The notes beneath the pieces were generated by a model. It saw only the letters and a list, made by a program, of their open reading frames with translations, ran no database searches and was not told the origin of the DNA. From Eledone cirrhosa (taxonomy: Eukaryota): DNA of 64,000 bases. The stretch lies in assembly GCA_964016885.1 (NCBI GenBank), contig OZ024742.1, positions 24,304,001 to 24,368,000 of the forward strand, in the 5' to 3' direction. This document shows positions 53,233 to 64,000 of this stretch, piece by piece (the stretch's first letter is position 1; the number at the start of each line of letters is the position of its first letter). The position numbers and the translations under genes were made by a program.

Positions 53233-53865
53233 CTATATATCTATCTATCTCTCTCTCTCTCTATATATATATATATAGATATATAGATATATAGATAGAT
53301 AGATAGATATATAGATATATATGTAGATATATATATATATATATATAGATAGATAGATATATAGATATATATAGATCTATATAGATATATACATATATAT
53401 CATATATATATAGAAAGATAATTCGCAGGTTAATAGATAATTATATGAAGGTTAATATATTTGCATATATTTTCTCATCTACTTTTAAACATAGAATGAT
53501 TGTATTAACTCATGCAAAATACTCTAACCATACAAGTACATGAAAATTATTCCAGATTTTCTGCTTGCTATATTATAGAAGCTGTTTATATATACTTTAT
53601 ACAGCGTGTCTCTAAGTTTGTGTATGTCTTCTCTCTTCCATTTTAGTTAGTGTATGTGCTCTTTATGCGTATAGAATATAGATGTATGTGTGTTTTTGTG
53701 TATATTAATGTGCAGAGATGTTGCTTATAAATATATTTTTGTTCCTTAGTGGGTTGTTTGAGTGTATTTATGTGTATGTGGTCTGTATTCTTGTGCTAAT
53801 ATGTGAGTATATATATGCACAGAAATATTCTCTCTCTACTACTCCCTTTCACTCTCTTTCTGTCA

Positions 53866-53974
<109 letters not shown>

Positions 53975-54338
53975 TACTAGACTGAATCAATAAATGATAT
54001 TGTTATTCTCACCTAATACATGAATTCATATTTAAAAAGGCTAATTACTTCATCTACTTCAACACACCATTTTATTAGTCCTGTCACTTCCTGTTACCCA
54101 TAATTCTTCATTCTCAACACTTTCCACACATTCTTAATTCAATAAACGGATGTGAGGGGTATGTGGGTGATGGAGGATGGTCGCTGACTTGCTTCTTTCA
54201 CCTGCTTCTTGATTTTCCGAAGGAATGAAAAATGGCATTTTTGCATAAAGCTTTAGGCTTTTAGACATGTCAGTGGTGAGAGAAGCCTTTTAAAATGTAG
54301 TGTCCGATCTTCTATACTGCAATAGTTGGTGTGATTCC

Positions 54339-54369
<31 letters not shown>

Positions 54370-54541
54370 GTAATAATAGTAATAATAATAATATAATAAT
54401 AGCTATGATGTGGTAGTGCCAAGCAGGAAAATCTTGGCTATCAGCTCTTATTCATGTATGTATCATGTTAAATGGATGTTGTTGAATGAGATTCTTTTAA
54501 GCATGTCACAGAGACAATAATAAATATATGCTTCCTTTCAG

Positions 54542-54604
54542 ACGTATCCATCCAGTCTGAAACAACTGCACATCTCTTCTGTAGAGCCATCAGAGCACAC
54601 ATAA
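54542..54604 (+). CDS. candidate terminal host exon
   Basis: cttcctttcag acceptor. Phase-0 reading is TYPSSLKQLHISSVEPSEHT*. No other support. Confidence 0.15.
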   Translation, partial: TYPSSLKQLHISSVEPSEHT

Positions 54605-55354
54605 GGCTACATGTCAGACTGAACAGGATTTAACCTAATTAGTAACAGCCAGGAACCTGCGATGGATTATTGTTGTTGTTGTTATTCAGGTATTGAAATG
54701 GCAGAATTTATAGTTGAAATTAAATGCTTAGTTATTTATAGCTCGTTACATTCTAAGTTCAAATGTTGCTAAGTTTGACTTCCTTTTTCATGCCTTATAT
54801 GTAAGTATACTAGTAATATATTAGGTAGTACTGGTGAGGAGGGTAAGTGGAACCCCAGCATCACTGAAAGCAAGAGCTGTGAAAGGGTAGAGGAACTCCT
54901 CAGTCATTAGCCATCCACCCCAACTATGAGTTAAATAACCTCACCATCCCACAAGTGGTCAAACCTACACCTCTGAAGACATGACCAAAACCAAACAGAA
55001 AGTGGTGGCGGTCAAACAGGGAGGGGTTCAGCTAATAGGAGTGAGAAGGCTTGGACAATAGCTTTTATTCTTAATATTTAAACTTGTGCTTTTGTATTAA
55101 CACAAGAAATCCTCATCATCGTCATCATCAGTTTTGAGTGTCATGTGACCCTGTAAACACAGGAGAAAATTCGGAGTAACAGAACATTGAATAAATCTCA
55201 ATAAAACTATTAATTTCTATTATGGCATTCTCACGGCAATCAATACTAAAATTCCATGTATGTAATATAATGTAATATATGTATGTACTGTGCATTTCTA
55301 CTGATACTACATGATATGTGTGTGTGTGTTTGTGTGTATCTATGTGTATGTGTT

Positions 55355-55410
<56 letters not shown>

Positions 55411-55501
55411 GTAATAATAATACATTTGAAGACTAAAATCCAAAGAGGGCTCGATAAGGATAAATATATATCAAATATATAAGAACCCTAGAGCAAATAT
55501 T

Positions 55502-55872
55502 TATTAAAATAACAGATTAAAGTTTAAGCAAAGAATCGCTGCTTTCACCCTTAACGGGATCTTCTTAAACTAGAAAATAATCAATCTGTGAATGCAGAAG
55601 TAAATATTTCAACCGTGTAAATAGAATATCAGTCTACGACTTCATTTATACGATAAACGTGGTTTTGTCTTTGCGTGTAATTGTTCTCACCACTCCAAAT
55701 AATGATGTATTATCTTCGCTTTTTATCCGTCCTTCCTGTTTTTCCTCGGTTGCAACATTTTTTTCGAAATATTTACTTCTACTTTCATAGATTTAATTTT
55801 TCAGTTTCAGAAGATGCCGTTAAGGGTGAAAGCAGCGATTCTTTGCTTAAACTTTAATCTGATATTTTAATA
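55502..55872. mobile_element. MITE with ~105-bp terminal inverted repeats
   Basis: tattaaaataacagattaaagtttaagcaaagaatcgctgctttcacccttaacgg and its reverse complement. A lone end also occurs at 22349-22385. Confidence 0.85.
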
Positions 55873-55926
55873 TATATATATATATATATTTATATATTTA
55901 TATATTTATATATGCATATATATTTA

Positions 55927-58177
55927 TATTGTTATACTTTGGGAGGGTCATGTTGCCAATAAGAAACACACGCACCAGTTGCTTTCACTTCAATTTATTA
56001 TAAATTAAATTTATAAATTTAGGAATTTATAAATTTCCGGTTGGTTTGGTTGGTTTAACAACCAGATGATTGTTCATATATTGTCAAAGTTCTTTTGTCA
56101 CACATTCTGTGACCTTTTCAGTGACTGGGGATTCTTTTCTTTGTTTTTGAGCTTCTCCTTTGTTCTGTCCTACACCATCTTGTTTTTGTGTGTGTTGTGT
56201 ACTTAATTTGCGCATGTGCTACATCCGGGTGTCTGTGTGTGTTTATATTTGTTTATTTATTTGTTTATTTACATGTTACTGGTTGGTTGTTTGTTCTATG
56301 TGCATGTGTGTGTTTTCATTTTGTCCTTAATTGTAAGTTGTGATGTTGCTGTTCCATTCATGTTTTCTATTTAATTTTGGTTGGAGTTCATTTATGTTTA
56401 TTGCCTCTGTGATTTGTCTAAACATTGCGTCTTTTCTGTGTGTAGATTCTATTTTTATTTCTATGTTCTCTAATTTACCCTTATGTTCTATTTTAGCATG
56501 TTGGTGGAGTACAGATGATTCTTTACTATCTTGAATCTCTCACCAGTGTTCATTTATCTGTTCCCCTATACTACCAGCTGTCTCACCTATGTACACTATA
56601 TTCTTATCTCTACATTGTCCTTCAGTACATATTATGCTATATACTACATTTCTAGTTTTACAGTTAATATGGGGGCTTAATTTACAGATTATACATTTCT
56701 TATCTATACAGGGGGGTCTTTGAAAAGGGTATGTATTGCTAATAAGTGTTTTTATGGAGGTACCTGGTCTTTCTACTATCTTAATATTGAGTTTATGTTT
56801 ATCTAGGGCCCTTCTAAATTTGTAAGCTAATTCACCTCTAGGGGTTGTATCGATGAACATTACACTCTGGTATTTATTGCTATCATATCATGAGTTTATT
56901 CTATTAACCTTATTCCTAGTTCTTTCTATTCGATTCCAAAACTTTCTCCTATAAAAGGGGCAGGTCCCATTTGTATCATTATTTACTATTTTTTCCCATT
57001 TGGTTCTGGCTCCTCTATATACTCTGATTTTATTTCTCTGATTCTAACCAGAGAACTGCATACGGTGAATGTAGTGTTGTATGTGTCTCTCTAGTTCTTT
57101 GGGGTTGCACATGCGGGCCACGTTTCTCATCACCCGTACCAAATCCGCAATCAGTATGTTGATTTTGGTATGGTCCGAAACAGCTGAGTTTCGGTGGATC
57201 AGATATTTGGAAGTCATGGGTTTGGCATAATGGGAATGGAGGATTTGTTTTTTGTTATTAATGGTATCTAACCAGAGCTCTGTGTCTAGTACAGGTAATC
57301 GATGGTTGGGGTGTTTGCTTGGGTAGTCTATAGTAACTCTAATACTCTGGTGGATGGAGTTAACTATTTGCTGGATGCTTTCCATGGTGTTTTTTTCTAA
57401 TTCCTGACTGTTCTCTAGCGGTGGTGTTTTTACTACGATGTTTATATCATCAACCTAGCGGGAGTACATAATCAGGGTTAAGAGGTTGCTGTCTTCTAAT
57501 TGTTCTTTAAGTTTAAGTTTATTGTCTCACCATACCATGAATAGATTAGCTATGTCACCTGCAATGCTAACACCAATGGCTGCTCCATCCTCTTGGGCAT
57601 ATGTTTTTCCATTAAATTTAAACATATGTTCCTTAAGGGTTAATTTTATACTGGCCCCCACCGCATGCACAATCATTTTCTTTAGTTCATCGTGGTTTCG
57701 GGGGTCTGTATGGCTCTGGTTCACCCGTTCCATCTATCTGTGTGGGTTTTCTTGGCCATTGAGGTAATGGTAGGTGGTCTGCCTCTTGCTGGTCTTATAG
57801 GGCACAGGTTGCTAAGTTCATATGTGTCTAGATATATTATTACTATAGGTAAGTTTAAGTAGGAGTCCCAGCTCACTGGTATCAATCCCACGGAATTCAA
57901 CATTGCTCTCACTGATAATTTCTACGCATTTCTCCACAGCAAAATCCACATCAATAGATAGATACAGGGACACAACATCCATACTACCTATTATGCAGTT
58001 TGTTAGGTCCCTAGATCGCTTACTTTCGCCAATTCTGCTGAGGAGGTCCTCCGTGCTGTCACATACATCTGGGGACATTTCAATGATGGGGCGTATGATC
58101 AGGGAGAGGAAGTATAACAATATCGGTTTCAACACACGTTTTCAGATAAAGAATCTTGGTAAACAAATTCTGAAACG
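55927..58177 (-). mobile_element. 5'-truncated PLE-c copy with inverted terminal tip (58110-58177)
   Basis: Colinear with 37538-39731. GIY-YIG VVYSIICTEGQC..VYIGETAGSIGEQINEH. Mutated HHR at 56083-56125. Confidence 0.93.
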
Positions 58178-58270
58178 ATATATATTTATATTTATATATT
58201 TATATATACATATATATTTATATTTATATATTTATATTTATATATTTATATATACATATATATTTATATT

Positions 58271-58303
<33 letters not shown>

Positions 58304-58314
58304 GGTGGAGGCAC

Positions 58315-58349
<35 letters not shown>

Positions 58350-58351
<2 letters not shown>

Positions 58352-58626
58352 TGGAGGCACATGGCTTAGTGGTTAGAGCATTGGCCTTTCTCAGACAGGG
58401 TGATGTGTTGTTTCCTTGAGCAAGACACTTTATTTCAAATTGCTCCAGTTTACTCAGCTGTAGAAATGAGATGTAAAGTGGTCGTGGAGTTGCCACGGGA
58501 AAAAAAGCTCCCAGCACTCACTGTAAATGAGGTTGGTGTTAGGAAGGGCATCCAGCTGTAGAAATCAAGCCAGAATCAGTTCCCGTCCCACTCTTGCAAG
58601 CAGGGAAAAAGCCGACGTAAGAATGA
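58350..58626 (+). mobile_element. tRNA/CORE SINE with RTE-derived tail (internally deleted)
   Basis: A-box tggcttagtgg, ttccttgagcaagacactt and the RTE 3'UTR motif gttggtgttaggaagggcatcca. Confidence 0.75.
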
Positions 58627-58647
58627 AAAAAAAAAAAAATATATATA

Positions 58648-59307
58648 TCATCATCATCATCATCATCATCATCGTTTAACGTCCATCTTCCACACTTGCA
58701 TGGGTTTGGACGGGAGTTTTCCTACTTGAGGCAAGAGTGGTTATCTTGCTCGTATAGGACTGTCTCGCGGGTTTTCTACGGCTGGATGCCCTTCCTAAAA
58801 CCAACCACGTTTACAGTGTGGACTGGGAGGTTTTTCCGTGTTACCTACACGGCCACATTACAGCGTGGACTGTGTGTTTTTTTATCGTGACACCTACACA
58901 ACCTCATTTGTTTCGGACTGGATGTTGTGGTACCAACATAACTTTACATTGAAAGGGGTGGTGTAAATGGGGTGGGGGTAGTGGGATGGGGGTGTATTTT
59001 TGTTAGAGGTGCCTACTGACTGTAGTAGGTTTCACTTTGTACTTAGGTAAGGCGGGTCTTCTGTATTACTGTGTAGCGCCAAAGATCTCGGTCCAGTGAC
59101 ATTGTCTTGGTGAGGTGTAAGTGTGTGAGGTCGGAATTTTTCAAGTCGTCCCAGGTTTTTTCTGGGTCTGCCTACTCCGTGGCTAACATCTATTTTTATT
59201 GCCCTGCACTTTTTTATACAGCTGCCGTCTTTCATGCGCATCACGTGACCGTACCAACGTAGTCTTCTCTCGAGTAAACAAAATCTGATCCCTCTTATTC
59301 CTAATTT
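58648..59307 (-). mobile_element. 3' end of RTE-b
   Basis: Reverse complement of the RTE-b C-terminus and 3'UTR. Confidence 0.9.
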
Positions 59308-59308
59308 T

Positions 59309-59340
<32 letters not shown>

Positions 59341-59372
59341 AGTATATATATATATATATATAATATATATAT

Positions 59373-59624
59373 CTTCCTTGAGCAAGACACTTTATTTCAC
59401 ATTGCTCCAGTTTACTCAGCTGTAGAAATGAGATGATAGGGACTGGGGCCCCTATCATTCCACTGAAAAGTGGTCGTAGAGGTGCCACGGCAAAAAAGCA
59501 CCCAGCACTCACTGTAAATGAGGTTGGTGTTAGGAAGGGCATCCAGCTGTAGAAATCAAGCCAGAATCAGTTCCCGTCCCACCCTTGCAAGCAGGGAAAA
59601 GCGGACGTAAAAATGATGATGATG
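59373..59624 (+). mobile_element. 5'-truncated RTE-tailed SINE (other pieces at 60179-60316 minus and 61693-61830 plus)
   Basis: Same body and tail as 58350-58626. Confidence 0.8.
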
Positions 59625-59658
<34 letters not shown>

Positions 59659-59675
59659 GTATATATATGTATACA

Positions 59676-60138
59676 AATGAATTAGTTTTGCGAGGTTTTT
59701 GATATGAAATCGTGTGTCGAAACAAGTATTGTTATACTTGGGGAGGGTCATATTTGTGTAATAATATTGCCAGAATTAATAACAGAACACACTCACTGTT
59801 TGGTTGGTTTTCGCTTCTGTGTCTTTTATATTGGTTAATTTAATTTATTCGACAGACTAAATAAAGATGGCGTAAGCATACAATACAATAGGAGGAAACA
59901 TAATAGCACCACTGACGATGTTGCAGATGTGCAACGGAAGAACTTTGTTAGACTATATATATATGTTTGTGTCTATATTATATCTGTATTTTTGACCGTT
60001 GGTCAGTCAATGGTAACATTGAGGACAGAATAAATAAAATTAACCGATATAAAAGACACAAAACGAAAACCAACCAAACAGTGAGTGTGTTCTGTTATTA
60101 ATTCTGGCAATATTATTACACAAATATGACCCTCTCCA
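59676..60138 (+). mobile_element. fold-back PLE terminus (family related to PLE-c) with HHR motif at 59907-59949
   Basis: Inverted arms ~59741-59850 and ~60029-60138. CTGACGA t gttgca-gatg-tgcaac GGAA gaac tt. Confidence 0.8.
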
Positions 60139-60144
60139 TGTATA

Positions 60145-60181
<37 letters not shown>

Positions 60182-60314
60182 TCATCATCATCATTTTACG
60201 TCCGCTTTTCCCAGCTGGATGCCCTTCCTAACACCAACCTCATTTACAATGCGTGCTGGGTGCTTTTATTCCGTGGCACATCCACGACCACTTTTCAGTG
60301 GAATGATAGGAACC

Positions 60315-60392
<78 letters not shown>

Positions 60393-60400
60393 GTATCTAT

Positions 60401-61525
60401 ATACTAGCTCCTTCAACTGCGCAGAGGGTTCTATAGAAATAGTGGACAGCTTCCGTTATCTGGGTGACAAAATCAGCAGTGGGGGAGGGTGCTCTGAAAG
60501 TACAGTAGCTAGAGTCAGAACTGGATGGAAAAAGTTCAGAGAGCTTATACCACTATTAGCCGCTAGAGGGTTCTCCCTAAAAATGAAAGGCAGGTTATAC
60601 GATGCCTGCATACGAACAGCAATGCTGCATGGCAGTGAGACCTGGGCATTGTGTGCAGAGGATATACGCAGACTAGAGAGGAACGAAGCTTGCATGCTCC
60701 GCTGGATGTGCAATAGTAATATACGTGAACGGCAAAGCATAAACGAACTAAGGAAAAAATTAGAAATAAGAGGGATCAGATGTTGTTTACTCGAGAGAAG
60801 GCTACGTTGGTACGGTCACGTGATGCGCATGAAAGACGACAGCTGTATAACAAATTGCAGGGCAATAAAGATAGACGGTAGCCACGGAGTAGGCAGACCC
60901 AGAAAAACATGGGACGAGCTGATAAATTCCGACCTCACACGCTTACACCTCTCCAAGACAATGTCACTGGACCGAGACCTTTGGCGGTACTCAGTAATAG
61001 AGAAGACCCGCCTTACCTAAATACAAAGTAAAAACCTACTACAGTCAGTAGGCATCTCTATCAAAACACACCCCCGTCCCACCACCTCCACCCCACCCAC
61101 ACCGCCCCTTTCAATGTAAAGTTATGTTGGTCCCACAACATCCAGGCCGAAACAAATGAGATCGTGTAGGTGTCACGACAAAAAACACACAGTCCACGCT
61201 GTAAATGTGGCCGTGTAGGCAACACGGTAAAAACCTCCCAGCCCCACACTGTAAATGTGGTTGGTGTTAGGAAGGGCATCCAGCTGTAGAAAACCCGCCA
61301 GACAGTCCACGCTGTAATGTGGCCGTGTAGGCAACACGGTAAAAACCTCCCAGCCCCACACTGTAAATGTGGTTGGTGTTAGGAAGGGCATCCAACTGTA
61401 GAAAACCCGCCAGACAGTCCTATGCGAGCAAGACAACCACTCTTGCCTCAAGTGGGAAAACCCCCGTCCAAACCCATGCAAGCGTGGAACACGGACGCTA
61501 AACCTGATGATGATGATGATGATGA

Positions 61526-61528
<3 letters not shown>
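60401..61528 (+). mobile_element. 5'-truncated RTE-b with 113-bp 3'UTR duplication
   Basis: ORF 60391-61020. Duplication 61190-61302/61303-61414. Confidence 0.95.
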
Positions 61529-61609
<81 letters not shown>

Positions 61610-61828
61610 GATATTAACAAATGGAAACTATATTTATCAAACCATATTTATTTCATTATACATATTTCAAGGACACCAAGTTAAATTATGGTAAGACACT
61701 TTATTTCACATTGCTCCAGTTTACTCAGCTGTAGAAATGAGATGATAGGGACTGGGGTCTCTGTCATTCCACTGCAAAGTGGTCGTGGAGGTGCCACAGC
61801 AAAAAAGCACTACAGCATCCAGCTGTAG

Positions 61829-63031
<1,203 letters not shown>

Positions 63032-63038
63032 AGCGGCG

Positions 63039-63516
63039 ATGAATTAGTTTAGCGAGGTTTTTTATATGAAATCGTGTGTCGAAACAAATATTGTTATACT
63101 TGGGGAGGGTCATATTTGTGTAATATTGCCAGAATTAATAACAGAACACACTCACTGTTTAGTTGGTTTTCGCTTCTCGCTGTCTTTTATATCTGCGATC
63201 TAACTTAATCGGTCCTCAATGTTGCCGTTGACTGACCGACGGTCAAAAATAATACAGATACAATATAGACACAAACACATATATATAGTTTACATAATTT
63301 ACATAAATCTTTCGTTGCACATCTGCAACATCGTCAGTGGTGTTATATTTTTTTCTCCTGTTGTGTTGTATGTCTACGCCATTTTTTATTCATTGAGGAC
63401 CGATTAAGTTAGATCGCAGATATAAAAGACAGCGAGAAGCGAAAACCAACCAAACAGTGAGTGTGTTCTGTTATTAATTCTGGCAATATTACACAAATAT
63501 GACCCTCCCCAAGTAT

Positions 63517-63523
<7 letters not shown>
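63039..63523 (-). mobile_element. second fold-back PLE terminus with HHR motif at 63301-63342
   Basis: 63391-63523 is the reverse complement of 63088-63221. CTGACGA t gttgca-gatg-tgcaac GAAA. Confidence 0.85.
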
Positions 63524-63595
<72 letters not shown>

Positions 63596-64000
63596 ACCCT
63601 CTTCCTGCTATATCAAGCATTAACCTAATATATACCTTCCATATACTGTACCGGTTGTGTTGTTATTACAGTTTACCTTTTACATATATATATATATTTA
63701 TATATAAATATATAGTAAGTGAAAGTGGAAGAACCCACTAACATAATAGCAAGGTATGTTAAGCTGAATGTGTTATTCAGGTCAAAAGCATACTGGAATT
63801 AAAGTCCAGGGTGTAATAGAAAGGGTTATGATACTGGTAGATGAAAATGATGAAAGTCACACAGCATACATAATCAATTCAGAAGGATTACCAAGGTAGT
63901 TATTGAATTACATTCATGATTGTAATTGAATAACTATCTTGCTATTCCTTCTGAATTGATTATTTATATTATATATATGTATATGTTTATTATATATATA

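Overview
This is an AT-rich, microsatellite-dense animal window, most likely cephalopod/Octopus (inferred from Nin-domain and tRNA/CORE SINEs, RTE LINEs with (GAT)n tails and TTAA MITEs). It is almost entirely intronic or intergenic repeat DNA. Only one long intact ORF is present: a 1039-aa RTE non-LTR retrotransposon (APE endonuclease, RT with an embedded PHD-type finger; 49906-53025, minus strand). The other recognisable coding sequences are broken RTE, CRE, CR1 and Penelope-like element (PLE; RT plus GIY-YIG) remnants. Three short candidate host exons are unproven. The most notable signal is a dense population of type I hammerhead ribozyme (HHR) motifs between 22.6 and 63.4 kb, about 18 read by eye and several degenerate. 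They occur in PLE termini, in fold-back palindromes of PLE termini, and in three unrelated non-coding ~1.8-2x tandem repeats (periods 527, 527 and ~720 bp) with one HHR per unit. These repeats are retrozyme/circular-RNA candidates, and one carries a captured piece of the RT gene of the adjacent PLE family. The (TA)n-derived YIYI ORFs are artefacts. All coordinates were read by eye, and repeat ends are approximate.
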